The notes under the pieces: generated by a model
Databases searched by the model: none
What the model was told of the DNA's origin: nothing
Seen by the model: the letters and a program-made list of their open reading frames with translations, nothing else
Shown: in pieces, positions 14,220 to 28,175 of the stretch
How the letters are laid out: the number at the start of each line of letters is the position of its first letter
Numbering within the stretch: the first letter of the stretch is position 1
Made by a program: the position numbers and the translations under genes
NCBI RefSeq assembly: GCF_036321535.1
Contig: NC_087436.1
Location: 94,428,001 to 94,492,000 of the forward strand
Direction: 5' to 3'
Source of the DNA: Camelus dromedarius
Taxonomy: Eukaryota
DNA length: 64,000 bases

Positions 14220-15780
14220 ATAGAGATTACTTTCTTCTTTGGCTGCTTTCAGGATTTCCCCCTTTTTTGACTACAATGTGCTTTTTATGTTTTTCTTTGT
14301 ATTTATTTTGTTTGCTCTTCTCTTAAGTTTCTTAGATCTATAATTTATATTTTAGTATTTTTGTATACTCAACCTTTATCCCTTCAAATATTTCTTTCAT
14401 ATTTTTTCTTTCTTCTACTGTGCTTCCAGTCTGTTTGATAGTTTCCATTTCTGTGCTGAAATTCCCCATTGTTAATGCATGCTGTCCTTTTCCCATTATA
14501 TCCTTTAATGTATTAATTATAGTTATTTTAACATACCTGTCTAATAGCTTTCACACTTGGGCCAGTGCTAAGTCTGCTTCTGTTGACTTATTTATCTCTT
14601 TCCCATACACTGCCTCCTGTTTTTGATTGAATGCTGGACATATATATTAAAAAAAACAGTAGAGACTGAGGTAGATCACATTTATGCACAGAAATAAACA
14701 TCTTTTCTCTTGTCAGGTTGTTAGTGTGAGGGATTAAATCAATTCTTATCTGGTTGAGCTGGGTTTGCTGTATTTTACTTTATCATGTGTGTATGTGTAT
14801 GCATACACCTGCCTATCCATCCTGTTTTTAAAATGTATTTCAAATTAAGTTGCATTCATCAGTATATTTCATGGTATTTCTTTCTCTTTGATTTCACTGC
14901 AGTTTCACAGCAGTTTCACTGTGATGCCCTGAGGTTTGTGTTTCCCTCATACTTGTCCTGCTTTGGAATCACTGAGCTTCCTGGATCTATTAAACTTATG
15001 TCTTTCACCAACTTTGGGAAATTTTTGGTCTATTATATCTTCAGGGGTTTTTTTTTGTTTTTTTTTCTTCCCCCTTTCTCTTCTCTTTCTAGGATCCACT
15101 TATACATATGTTAGATTATTTTTTATATTGCCCTCGTATCACTGGGGCTCTGTTACTTTTTTCGGTCATTTCTCTCTGTTGCTCCTCAAATTTGATTCCT
15201 ACATGATTTGTTCTCAAATTTACTGACTTTTTTTCTATCATCTTCAGCCACAGGTACAGCCTGAAAAATGTAAAGTCACAGGGACATGGGAAATGATCTA
15301 CATGGCATTAACTGCGTGTTTTTCCTCTTTTTTTAAATATGTAATTTTTTACATAAAGTTCATAAACCTTAAGTGTAACATTTTATTAACTTTTATGTAC
15401 GTATACACATGTAGCCATTATCCAGATCAAGATGTAGAGCATTTGTGGCACTCCAGCAGGCTGCCTTAGGTTCCCTTCCCCAGAAATACTCGTCTAATCT
15501 TCATCAACATACATTAATTTTGCCATCAAATTCATATAAATGAAATTATGCAGTCTATACTGTTTTGTGTCTGACTCTTTTGCTAAGTATTACGTCTGAG
15601 ATTCATCCATAGTTTTTGAGTTGCAGTGATTCTTTTCATTGTATGAATATATTGGTTTATTTTTCCATACTATTATTGATAGATATTTAGGTTAATAGTT
15701 TTTTGCTTTTATGAATAACACTTCTATGAACAGTGTCTGTGGTTTTTGGTAGAGGTAAGAATTCATTTATCTTGGGTATT
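14220..15780 (-). mobile_element. Degraded L1M fragments
   Basis: T-rich antisense L1 ORF1/3'-end-like motifs; approximate. Confidence 0.5.
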
Positions 15781-15784
15781 TACC

Positions 15785-16600
15785 CAGAATTGGTAGATTT
15801 TTTTTTTTTCTATGAAGGGCCAGATAGTAAATACTGTATGCTTTGTGGGTCAAGAGGATACTGTATAGGTGCTTACACCATAAGAACAATTTTTTTTTTA
15901 ATTCAAAATGTAATAACAATTCAGTAAAATTTTTTTAATGCAGGTCTGCTAATGAGAAGAATGGAATTCTTTAGGGGAGGAGGTGTGGAAGTAACATTTT
16001 ACTTAATTGGGGTTCAAAGTCACAGTTCCCTGTTACCAAGGTTTATTTCAGATGTTCACCTGTTAATGTTGATCTGTAATGAAATGTAGTGTATTTCATT
16101 TGAAAATATTTTTTCACATAAATACTCCCAAACATTAATATCAGTTCATGAAAATATGATTTTAATTGAGCATATTCATTGCTTAGAAAGACATTTATAG
16201 AATTCTTTTATATTCTTCTCTTGATTATTGCATTTTAGCATTTCATTACATTGCAGATTAATAGCTTCCAATTGAAGGGTTAGATGGAAGTTCTCAACTG
16301 CAATTTGAAATGGACTTTAAAATGTGGAAATTATCTGTGCGTATGCACTGAGATCCTAAAAATTCTGCTGGAATTGCAGTTTGTGCTTGGAAATGCAGAT
16401 CTCAGTTTTTGTTGTAACTTTTGGCAGCACAGGAAGAAGGAGCTTGACATTTCTTGTGATTTAATGGATAGATGTTAGTTGTTGAAATTTCACATTTATA
16501 TGGTTAACAGCATTCTAGTTGCAGTTTGAATTCATTGAGAAACCACGCCTGCAGCCAAAGCCACTTTCTAAAGTCATTCAGTGTTTAAAAATACTAACAA
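15785..16600. mobile_element. hAT-Charlie (Cheshire/MER58-related) DNA transposon fragment
   Basis: Starts with the MER58-like aagggccagatagtaaata...gctttgtggg terminus and continues into longer internal sequence; family assignment from memory. Confidence 0.55.
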
Positions 16601-17076
16601 CAAATACTATCAATTAAGGGATGATGAGTGCTGAAAGAAGCTGAAGACTGCTGGAGTGACATTCATGGGAAGAGTAAGAAAAACAAGAAGGAAGTCCCTT
16701 TTTCTTCTTCCTGTCTTCTAATCACTCCGCTTCCTATCAGAGAAGTCTGGGCAATGCATTTTCCAGAATCCCAATCTCAACTTCAGAGAACAGTGTATAA
16801 AACGGTGGATTTGGGGTTGAGAGACGTTATGTAAATAATTAGCATACTATTCTGATATTTGAACTTCCATAGAACAAGGATAATTATTTCATATGTTCAT
16901 CTAACAAGACACAGTTAACGTTCTTTTAAAAATGAGAATATTCTCACCTCTTTCCAGATGGTCTCAATAGGCATGGTATGTAATCCCTAGGTGACAAATA
17001 GCCAGTTCTGGATGATGTTAATTGCTTTTTTAGTTAAAACACTACTCTGTCTGAATAGTCTAACTCAGGGGTAACT

Positions 17077-17416
17077 CAGGGGTTGGCACACTTACGGCCT
17101 ACAAGCCAAATCTGATCTGCTGTTTGTTTTTGTAGGCTTGGAAGCAAAGAGTTGTTTTTCTGTTAAGTGGTTGAGGGGTGAGGGAGAGCAATCAAAAGAG
17201 TAATAGTATTTTGTGATACCTGAAAATTATATGGGATTCAAATTTCAAAGGCTGTAAAGTTCTATGGGAACACAGCCATGCTCATTTCTTTACATATTGT
17301 GTGTTACTGCTTTCATGCTGCCATAGCAGTTGAGTAGTTATGACAGAAACTGCATGGCCTGCACAACCTAAAACATTTACTTTCTTGTCCTTATAGAAAA
17401 AGTTTGCCAATCCCTA
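17077..17416 (+). mobile_element. MER58B-like hAT MITE
   Basis: caggggttggca...tttgccaatcccta terminal inverted repeats; gaacacagccatgctcatt core; about 340 bp. Confidence 0.8.
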
Positions 17417-18834
17417 AACACGTAAATTAGAAACCACCACTGACAATGTCTGTCTAAAATAACTAGGAGGAGAGAGGAGGAAAGGAAGAATAACTTAGTT
17501 AATATACTAGCACACAGATATTAACAAGCAGGGACAATAGGATTCCATCGCTGTTTATAGACCTCATTTTTGTATTGGTCATAGAACCTTAATTTCATTC
17601 TTCCACAGTCCATTCTGTTTCTTTCGCCTTCACTTAGTTCTTCAGCCAGGCTGGTAAGGTTTTGTTTTGTTTTTAACTTGGTAGGTTGTCCTTACCTTCA
17701 TTCTGAATGGGTCTAACTGAAGCCCTTAGGGATTTTGACTTTATTAAGACACTGTCCTTTCCTACAAACTTTGAATATTTATTGCATGCAGAAATCCTAA
17801 GAAGTGCCTTAGCTATGGAGAGTGTGGTGATAGTTCACAATAGGATGAATGCAGGAATTAAGAGTAAATTGAAACCGTTGAAATGGTAATAGGCAATTTG
17901 CCATGGCTACAATCTCTAAGAGTATTATTTTTATTCTATAATTGTGTTGGAATTTTTTAAAAAGCCACAACTTATTTTTTATCACCAGTGGTTTGAGAAA
18001 TACTGTACTAGCCCATCTGCTGAGTTCCAGACATATTCCTTCCTGTCCCTATTATATAGTAGCAACCTAGTTTTCTTATAGTTGGGATGAGTCACACCAG
18101 CCATTATACTAAAATCCTTTTTACCTGTTGTTTCATTGGCTTGAACAGCCTAGACAGTCAGGCGACAATCTCAACTTTAGTAAAACTGTTGTTTCCTATA
18201 AGAGAAACAGTCTTCTCATGAAAACCAAAACCTCTAAACTGGCAGACCAGACGTTTTAGGTATGGAAGCAAAAATTCTTGGAGTAGGATATTAGATATAA
18301 TAGTAAATGGAGGCATTTTGATTTCCACCTTTCAATTTCCAGACCCATGTACTGTGGGAAAAGTAGCATAATTTATTTAGTGATCACAAGTTTACAACCT
18401 ATGTCACAGCCAATAAAATACCGCCTCACTCTATCATGGTGTTCTCAAATGGTTTTATAACAGCAGGACATTCCACTGTACTGTCAAGCTAGCTGTTAGT
18501 GATAGGATAGGTAGAAAGACCAGTCAGTTCCATGAATATGAGCTCATTGCCAGGAAAAGATTACCATTTAAAATATCTGGTGATTGTAACACTTAGAAAC
18601 TTTTATTGTATACTTGTTGAAAGAGCTCATGTAGATAACTTTAGACAAATATTTAAAAATATTTTTACATACGAAAAGGAAAAATAAAATTGAAATAACT
18701 TGGCTGTTACTTCTAAAAATCGTCACATTCAGAGTTTGACCCTTCTAAATCTTATTTTTGACTAGTTGTTGATGCATGTGTTTTTCCACACAGTGTCGTT
18801 GTCATCAAAAGTATTAGTGATTCAGAATATCTTT

Positions 18835-19910
18835 TTTTCTTTTCTTTTCTTTTTTACATTTTTTTTATTGAGTAATTGTCATTTTACAATGTTGTGACAA
18901 ATTCTAGTGTAGAGCACAATTTTTCGGTTACACATGAACATATTCATTGTCACATTTTTTCTTTCGCTATGAGCTACCACAAGATTTTGTATGTATTTCC
19001 CTGTGCTATACAGTATAATCTTATTTACCTATTTTGCATTTTAAAATCCCAGTCTGTCCCTTTCCACCCCCCGCCCTCTTGGCAACCACAAGTTTGTATT
19101 CTATGTCTATGAGTCTGTTTCTGTTTTGTATTTATGTTTGTTTTTTGTTTTTTTTTTTTAGATTCTACATATGAGTGATCTCAGAAGGTATTTTTCTTTC
19201 TCTTTCTGGCTTACTTCACTTAGAGTGACATTCTCCAGGAACATCCATATTGCTGCAAATAGAGTTATGTTGTCAGTTTTTGTGGCTGAATAGTATTCCA
19301 TCATATAAATGTACCACATCTTCTTTATTCAGTCATCTGTTGATGGACATTTAGGCTGTTTCCATGTCTTGGCTATTGTAATTAGTGCTGCTATGAACAC
19401 TGGGGTGCAGGTGTCATTTTGAAGTAGGGTTCTTTCTGGATATATGCTCAGGAGCGGGATTCCTGGGTCATATGGTAAGTCTATTCCTAGTCTTTTGAGG
19501 AATCTCCATACTGTTTTCCACAGTGGCTTTCCTTGCTTCCCTCTCCCACTCTTAATGATTTAGATGTCTTCTTTTACTATTTTGTGTTTATTCTTTTTGT
19601 AATTCATGACAGTTATCTCCTTTCCAGTTACGAGTTTCTCATTTTTGTAGCATCCTGCTTCATTTCTATTTAAAGTAGACCTGTCAATATTTCTTTTAGC
19701 ATGGTTTTAGCGTAGTGTTGCAAAACTCTTAGTTTTTGCTTGTCTGTGAAGTTCTTTCTCTCTCCTTCTATTCTAAAGGATAACCTTGCTGGATAGAGTA
19801 TCCTAGGCTGCATCTTTTTTTCATACAGGACTTTGAATATATTTTGCCACTCCCTTCTGGCCTGTAGTGTTTGTGTAGAGAAATCAGCTGAGAGCCTTAT
19901 GGGGGTTCCC
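18835..19910 (-). mobile_element. Young L1 with ORF1 C-terminus plus spacer joined directly to the ORF2 end/3' UTR
   Basis: Exact 14-bp TSD ttcagaatatcttt at 18821-18834 and 19911-19924; ORF1 peptide GTPIRLSADFSTQTLQARREWQNIFKVL...; junction near 19527. Confidence 0.9.
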
Positions 19911-20694
19911 TTCAGAATATCTTTAAAGAGTGCTCTGCTATTGTTTCTGAGGTGTTCTTCTAAGCCATTAACAATTCTGCAAGATTTGGTTCTAGTGCTT
20001 TTGTAGATATTATCAGGCATTATCAGCACAAGGTTTCCAAAGTGAAGTTTGTTCAAGTGCAAGCAACAACACTTACAATTACTTCTAAAACCTGGACCCT
20101 CTTCTTAACAACATAATCTATGTAAAATCTTTCCATTAAATTTTTTTCTTCTGTTGGGAATAGGTATATTTAGTCCCTCTCCCTCCCCGACATTTATAGT
20201 TAAGGGTTATATACGACACACACTACAAGCTAATGTGTTTTCCCCACAGACTTTAATTTTGTGGTCTTACAATTCTGTCTGATAATTCCCTGGGCCTTTT
20301 TCACTTTATAAAATGAATGCACTCTGCCTTACAGAAGATTGTCCTGTCTTTGAGCCTTTGCACCCTCCCTTAGTTTCTTGTTGCCCTCCTCTGTTTGCCT
20401 AGAATTTATTGGAGAAAGAGTAATATATACTATAAATGTGAATCCACAGTGGTTATATGGAAAAAGCCATGGGTAGCTTACTTGGTTTACATGGTCTGGG
20501 ACAATTTCCTAGACCTGTGCCTTCCCTTTCAGTTATTTCCTTTCCTGATAGTAGAAGATGGCTTATGAATCACAGTTTTCTCAGCTGAACCTTTTTCATT
20601 GCCTTAAAGGGATCTTAACATTTAAAAGAATATTTTTGTGGAAAGATGTGAAGATTTTAGGAAATCTCTCTGGTTCATTTGTATTCACCTGTAT

Positions 20695-22520
20695 TTTTTT
20701 TAGCAGCTTTATTGAGATATGATTCACATACCAAATAATTCACCCATTTAATGTGTACAGTCATTGGTTTTAGCATATTCACGTATAATGGGCAACCATC
20801 ACAATTTTAAAGCAATTTCATCGACTCAAAAAGGCAGTCTTAGCTGTCACTCCTATATGCTTTTCCAGCCCTAAGCAATCATTAACTTACTTTCTGTCTC
20901 TGTACATTTCCCTGATCTGGACATACCATATAATTGGAATCATATAGCATGTGGTCTTTCATGACTGGTAGTTCAACTTAATATAATGTTTTTAATGTTC
21001 ATCCATTTTGTAGCATTAGTACTTCATTCCTTTTTACCGCCAAATATTCCGCTATATGGATGTATCAAATTTTGTTTATCCCTTTATCAATTGATGGACA
21101 TTTGAATTGATTTGACCTTCAGCTAGCTATTAGGAATAACGCTGTCATAAATACTCACATACAAGTTTTTGTGTGGACATTTTTGCTTTTGCCTTTAAGA
21201 GTGGAATTGTTGGATCATATGTAACTGTGTTTTAGGCTTTTGAGGAACTGACAAACTGTTACACAGTGTGTGCACCATTTTATATTCTCACCAACAGTGT
21301 ATGAGGGTTCCAGTTTCTCCGCATCCTCAACACTTGTAATTATCTTATCTATGTAATAGACTTTTTGATTCTAGATAACCAAGTAAACGTGAAGTAGTAT
21401 CTTATTGTAATTTTGATTTGCATTTGCCTAATGACTAATGATGCCAAGAATTCTTTCATGTGCTTATTAGCCACTTATGTACCTTCTTTGGAGAAGTATT
21501 TTTTCACATTCTTTGCTAGTTTTTAAATTGGGTTATGTGTCTTTTTTATTATTGAATTGTAAGGGTTGTTTATGTATATATCCTGGATATAAATTCCGTA
21601 TCAGTTATATGATTTGCAAAAATTTTCTCCTTTTCTGTGGATTGTCTTTTCACTTTTTCTGGATGGTTTCCTTTTGAAGTACAAATGTTTTTCATCTTGA
21701 TAAAGTCCAATTTATTTTGTTTTTTCTTTTTGTCACTTACACTTTTGGTGTCAGATTGAAGAAATCATTGCCTCAATTAAGGTCACAAGGATTTATTCCT
21801 CTTCTAAGAGTGTTAGCTCTTACATTTAGGTCTTTAATCTGTTTTGATCAAATTGTTCCAAATTGAAATTTGTCAAAATTTGTTCAGTTTTGTATATGGT
21901 TGTTTTTCTTTTTTGAGGTAGGAGTTCAAGTTCATTCATAATTTTCTTGTGATATCTTTATCTAGTTTTGAAATCAGATTAATACTTCACAGAATGAGTT
22001 GGAAGTGTTTTACCATCTTTTATTTTTTGGAAGAGTTTTGGGAAAATTGATATTCTTTAAATGTTCAATAGAATTCAGCAGTAAAGCAGGCTGGGCCTGG
22101 GCTTTTCTTTGTGTGTAGTTTTTGATTGTTAATTCATTCTCTTCCTTTGTTACAGGCTTATTCATATTTTCTATTTAAAATTTTTTATTGAAGTATAGTT
22201 GATTTACAATATGTAAATTTTAGGTGTACAACATAGTGATTCACAGATTTTAAAGATTCTATTTTTTCTTAAGTCAATTTCAGTAGCTGGTGTCTTTTTA
22301 GGAATTTGTGCATTTCATCTAAGTTGTCTAATTTATTGGCATATAAGTGTTCGTAGAATTCCTTTATAATTCTCTTTGTTTTGAAAAGGTCAGTAGTAAT
22401 ATCTCCTCTTTCATTTCTGAATGTAGTAATTTCAGTCTTCTCTTTTCTTGGTCAGTCTAGCTAAAGCTTTGTCCAGTTTGTTTGTTTGTTTGTTTGTTTT
22501 CAAACTGTCAGCTTTTGGCT
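20695..22520 (-). mobile_element. L1MB-type element (3' UTR plus ORF2 pieces) with a small nested L1 end at about 22177-22256
   Basis: gctttattgagatatgattcacatacc 3' terminus followed by ORF2-derived antisense motifs. Confidence 0.75.
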
Positions 22521-22844
22521 TTCGCCTTCTCTAGCAGTCATCAAGTTCTTCTGGGCCAAAGTAGTTTTTGGCAACTGATATAGGAAGTCTTTGCTCAATT
22601 CTGCCTTTCTGCCACTGTCTATTCTTTTCCCCCTTGCCTCTTTTTATCTTGCCCCTAAGGACTATTGCTTATCTTCTGGCTCTCATTGCTCTACCATAAT
22701 TAATTCCATCTGTTTTTTACCCACATATTTGATTGAACCTCATTTTTCCTTTCCTTCTTTTGTCCAAATCTTAATCCACTTAACCTTAAGGAAAGCCAGC
22801 TGCTTTTCATTGCATTTTTTGGTAAATTATATTCCATTATAGGT

Positions 22845-23207
22845 TATTTTAAAATATTGAATATAATTACCTGTACTATACAGTAAATTCTTATTGCTTA
22901 TCTATTTTATGTATAGTAGTTTGTACCTATTAATCCCATACCCCTAATTTGTCCTTCCCCTCTCCCTCTCTCCTTTGATAACCAGAAGTTTTTCTGTCGG
23001 TGAGTCTCTTTCTATTTTGTGAATAGATTCATTTGTATAATTTCTAGATTCCGCATGTAATTGATACCATGTAGTATTTGTCTTACTCTGACTTATTTCA
23101 CTAAGCATAATATTCTCTAGGTTCAGCCATGTTGTTGCAAATGGCAATATTTCATTCTTTTTTTATGTGTAATATTCCTGTGTGTCTATGTGTGTGTGTG
23201 GGTGTGG

Positions 23208-23264
<57 letters not shown>

Positions 23265-23375
23265 TATATATATACACCACATCTTCCTAAACCAGTCATC
23301 TATTGATGGGCACATGGGTTGTTTCCATGTCTTGACTATTGTAAATAGTGGTGCTATGAACATTGGGGTGCATAT
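22845..23375 (-). mobile_element. L1 3' end containing a (TG)/(TA)n microsatellite
   Basis: Minus-strand peptides MFIAPLFTIVKTWKQPMCPS and MPFATTWLNLENIMLSEISQ typical of the L1 ORF2 end/3' region. Confidence 0.85.
23178..23275. repeat. Compound (TG)/(TA)n microsatellite within L1
   Basis: Directly visible. Confidence 0.95.
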
Positions 23376-24196
23376 TATTATCTTTTCAATTTTTTGAGTA
23401 AAAAGACCTTAAATAATGATTGGTCATTTTAAGAATAAGGCAAATGATCCACCTTTATCAAGGAAAAGGAAAGCTAGAAAAGCTGAAGTTAAATTAATAT
23501 ATTAAAGACATCTATTAAGTAGCCACGCGCTCCCATCTAAATTCTCTACTATAGTCTCCACGTATCTACATTGTGATAAAATTGGCCTTTTTGAATTGGC
23601 CTGGGACCATAACCACTTAGTAGTTACAGTGCTATAACGTGGTGTAGTTTCTATAGTCTACCCTCTCTATGTATCTAATATTTTATTTTTCTGTAGTCAT
23701 TTTGGATAACTACTTGTCCTATTGTACTATACAGTATATAATGTCTAGATTAAGAATGATATTAGGTAGGTAAGAGTGATTAGCCACACTGCCTGGATTT
23801 GAATTTTTATGCCCTTGAGCAAATTACTTAGCTTAGTTTCTCATCTGTTAAATGGGGATGTTAATAATGATACCTCCCACAAGGAATTATTGTATTAAGT
23901 ACATTTAAATCACTTGAAATATGCCCAGCACATGGGAAGAACTCAAACGTTAGCTGTTCGTACTATTACAAATACTGTACCTATAAAAAAATATGCTTTC
24001 TGAATTGAGAATTTTCTTTATTATATGAGTGTCAAACTGTAGAATAATTAATTGGTTTGTGTCATGTTGCCACCAACTCATTTTATCTTTTTTCCTCATA
24101 AGTACCTGAAATTAAGAGAAGAGCATCTACAATTATGTAAAAACCAAAAGTTAAAATCTCTGAAGCTTCAGTGCAAGTGTCAGACTCTCGAGCTTT

Positions 24197-24265
24197 TTTT
24201 TAATCGAAATATAGTTGATTTACAATGTTGTGTTAGTTTTAGGTGTACAGCAAAGTGATTCAGTT

Positions 24266-24296
<31 letters not shown>

Positions 24297-24452
24297 TACA
24301 CACATACTTATTCAGATTCTTTTCCATTATAAATTACTACAAGATATTGAATATAGTTCCCTGTCCTATACAGTAGGTCTTTGTTGTTTATTATTTTATA
24401 TATAACAGTGTGTGTATGCTAATCCCAAACTCCTAATTTATCCCCTTTTCCA
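24197..24452 (-). mobile_element. Short L1 3' end with (CA)n
   Basis: atagttgatttacaatgttgtgttagtttt terminus; degenerate TSD agactctcgagcttt/agattctcaggcttt. Confidence 0.8.
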
Positions 24453-24997
24453 AGATTCTCAGGCTTTAAGGCTAATATTGTAGGACCTTATGAATATCCC
24501 TTAAAGCTGAAAATAGCTTCATGATGACTCTGTCTCTTACAGTCAATATCCAGGCTATTTTTAGAATCCTAGTATCCAGGTTATTTTTAGAACTCTAGTA
24601 ATACTGGCTTACCTTGAAGGTGGAAATAAATGGAGTAAAACATTTCCTGTAATTTAGAAACTTAGAGGAGCCTTTAAAGTGTAGTTTTTTAGTATATGCT
24701 TGTTAAATGGTTAGGTACTGATAGAATGGACCTTTAGAACATAATGTGGATTAGCATTCAGGAAGAGTATAGTGAAACATGTAGCATGTAACTTTTCTAC
24801 ACTACAGAATTTAAGTATGGAATAATAAACTTGTCCCATTGAAGAGTACTAACCTTTACTAAATATATTAGTAGTGAAACAAATTATATGTTCAAGTAGT
24901 CTCTATTGGTTTATTAGAAAAATAGGTTATTGGATTTTTCCCATAGAGTAAGTCAATTTGTTAAAATTGAAATAGCTGTATTGGTTCTCTGTTATTT

Positions 24998-25370
24998 GGT
25001 TTTTTTTTTTTTTTTGGATTCAGCATATAAGAGAGATCACACTATATTTGTCTTTCTCTATCTGACTTATTTCACTTAGCATCATGTCCTCTAGGTCCAT
25101 CCATGTGGTTGCAGATGTCAAGATTTCATTCTTTTCTTATGGCTGAATAATATTCCATTTTTTAAATATGTGTGTATATTCTGCAATTTCTTTATCCATT
25201 CATCCATCGATGGACATTTAGTTTGTTTCCACATCTTGGCTATTATAAATACTGCTCTAGTGCAAATGGTGGGTGCATATATCTGTTCAAGTTACTGTTT
25301 TTGTTTTCTTGAAATCAGTACCCAGAAGTGAAATTGCTGGATCATGTGACAGTTCTATTTTTAATTTTGT
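24998..25370 (-). mobile_element. L1 3' fragment
   Basis: tctgacttatttcacttagcatcatgtcctctaggtccatccatg motif. Confidence 0.8.
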
Positions 25371-26388
25371 TTTTTTCTTAATATTAGCACTTAGTCTTAA
25401 AATGTGTATTGATTGCATAGCTATTGACAAATCAGAATTTCAGAGAGATTTCTGTTCTCAGACTTGGTCAATCACTGAAGTCTACAGTATGTCAAAAAGT
25501 ATACTAATAGGTTTCATTCCTTCAGAAAATATTACACACTCATATCTTAGTTTATAAGACAGATGTAGAAAATTCAGAGCCATTAGGAGATCACAATCTT
25601 CTTGAGGACACGTGATTTTTATACTAATAACCATAGCATGGAATGCTGTAAGATGATTGCTTTGTAATTGGTATGATGTTTTTAGTTCAAAGGAGTCAGT
25701 GATCTTTTCAGACTAAGGTAGTCAAGCCAGGGCTACAAGAAGAGGAAATAGAATTTGGGCAAAAACTTTAAGGGCAGGTAAGATTTTAACAGAGTAGTAG
25801 TGAGGGGTAAAAGTAATTCTAGGACACATTCATATTTTTTTTCAGCAAAACTGTAAAACTCTTTTCTGTGCAAAGCTGTAAAAATGCTCAGGATGCTTTT
25901 TGGAGATAATAAACCCAGTTTGACTACAGTGGAGAGTTGAAATCAATGTAACACCTTATACTTAAACATATAATAAATGTATACATATGTGTATATACAC
26001 ATAGATACATGCATGTATGTATGTATACACATGAAAGTAAGATAAAAATTATAAACTGATGGTGATGTTTTAAGCGCCATAAGGTATTAGTGGGAAACCA
26101 TTGTCTGAATTGGGGTAATATTAAAATAGATGTTTTCAGAGTGACTTAGAAGTTCTGGATTTGATTTTGAGAGTTAAAGAGACTGAAATAGGATATGATG
26201 TGATAAAGGCCTAAACTAGGTGTGATAGCAGTGGAATGTAACTTTTATCAGCTGTATTAGTATGATGCTAATTCACTTTTGAGATGAGCACCCTAGTATC
26301 TTCAGAATAGTGACGTTTGCTTAAAAGGAATTTGCAACTTAGGTGCAATGAAAAGACATGCTAATAATGTGATATATTTAGTCACTGA

Positions 26389-26854
26389 TGTTGTGGGCCA
26401 CAATGGGGCAGCCAAGTGACAACGTGGGTTGGTAAAAGAATTTACCAGAGATAAAGTGTGAGAATAGAAAAGGAGTTTATTAAGGTACACTGCTATAGGC
26501 AGCAGCAAGCCACACAGATGAGAGGTGCCTGTGTGAGCACTGAGGGCCAGTTGTTGGGGTCTTTTATAAGGTCGGGTCACAAGGTGCCTGATTGGCTTGT
26601 GCACAAGTCTCTGATTGGTTGTAGGTGAGGTAAGAGGTTTAGGGTCCATGAAGGGTGGTGAGGTTTGACTCTGGTAAGGTGGGCTGAAACAAGCCAGCCT
26701 GAGCTATTGTGAGAGTAAGCATTGGTTAGGGCTATTAGTTTGTTAGGGGAAACATGTCCAATAAAGAATGTATCTATTGAGGGATCACAGGGAGACATCT
26801 GAGAGCCCAGGAATGGGGGTCATTGGACTTTGAAGGATGTCAGTTGGCCCAACA
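26389..26854 (-). mobile_element. Endogenous retrovirus solo LTR (ERV1-like), about 466 bp
   Basis: TG...CA ends with imperfect inverted termini (tgttgtgggcc...ggcccaaca). Minus strand has CCAAT boxes, TATAAAA (26562-26568) and AATAAA (26476-26481) in U3-R-U5 order. GC-richer than its flanks; no clean TSD seen. Confidence 0.7.
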
Positions 26855-27494
26855 AAGTCATTTGAACTTTGAGCTTTAGGCCCAAAAGTTGCTTTAATAT
26901 GAGCACAGTCTCAAAATTAGAATGTGTTTTAGGTAGACTTAGAATTTCTAGTTTTAGTTTTATATTTAAATGTATTTAATCATACTGCATGGCACCTTGT
27001 ATGCATCTTTTTCAATATTATGTTTGAGCTTTATTCATGTTATTTTGCTTTTATCTGTTTTTCAATTATTTTTTATCGCTGTATAAGAAGTTCTCTATTG
27101 TACTACTTATTCAGTCTTCTGTTGACATTTTACTTCTAGTTTGGCTTGTATAAGCAACATTGCTGTGAATGTACTTGTTTTATGCATATTCTATTGTACA
27201 TGTACAAGTTACTTTAGGGTATTGAGAGGCGAAATTATTGGGTCATTGAATATGCATATCTTTTGCTTCACTGACAACACCAAAGTGGTTGTACCAATTT
27301 ACATTCTAACTTAACAGTGAATGAGAATTTTCATTTACTATGTTGGACTTTAAAAGTTAATTTAATTTTTACTAGTGAAGGAGTTTTAAAGTTCTTTTAC
27401 TTTCCCCCTTTTCCCTAAGGCAATGATTTTTTTAAAAAACAGCTATTTTGAGTTATAATTGAAATACAGTATTTAAAGTATACTATATAATAAT

Positions 27495-28175
27495 ATATCT
27501 AATCTTAGTTACCAGTTCTTAGTTCAGAGCTTAAAAAAACCCTTGCAACTTCCTGAGTGATGGGAGTGTCTTTGTTATGTTAATGAGGTGACTCTTGGCC
27601 TCTAGAGGAAGGTGCTAGCCACCAGAAAAGTTGGAGAGTTGGAATTTTTAGCCTACTGAGGGGGCAGGAGGGTCCATCAAATGATAATGACCTAATCAAT
27701 CATTCCCACATAATGAAGCCCCAGTAAACCTTTGAACACCAAGGCTCAGAGGAGCTTCCTAGTTAGTGAACTCATTGATGTGTCAGGAGGTTGTTCTGTC
27801 CGAACCATCACAATAGGGCATGAAATTTCATCTCCTTTTCTCTCCCCCAAGATCTTGACCTACATATCTCTTCTATTTGACTGTGCCTGAGTTGTATCCT
27901 TTATAATAAACCAGTAATCATAAGTATAGTACTTTCAGTGAATTCTGTGAGTTGTTATAGCAAATTATTGAATCTGACGGTATTGTAGGAAGCCCTAAAG
28001 TTATAGCTGGCTTGTCACAAATGCAGGTGGCCTTCAGGACTTGCAGGTGGCATCTGAAGTTGGGGGAGTTTTGTGAAGAACTTTGCGCTTTAACTTATGG
28101 GGTCTTTGCTCACTCTAGGTAGTTACTGTCAAAATTGAATTGAAATGTAGTATACCCATTTGGTGTCAGAGAGTT
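27495..28175 (+). mobile_element. MER21-type LTR
   Basis: ttgtatcctttataataaaccagtaat...gaattctgtgagttgttatagcaaattattgaa motif; boundaries approximate. Confidence 0.7.
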
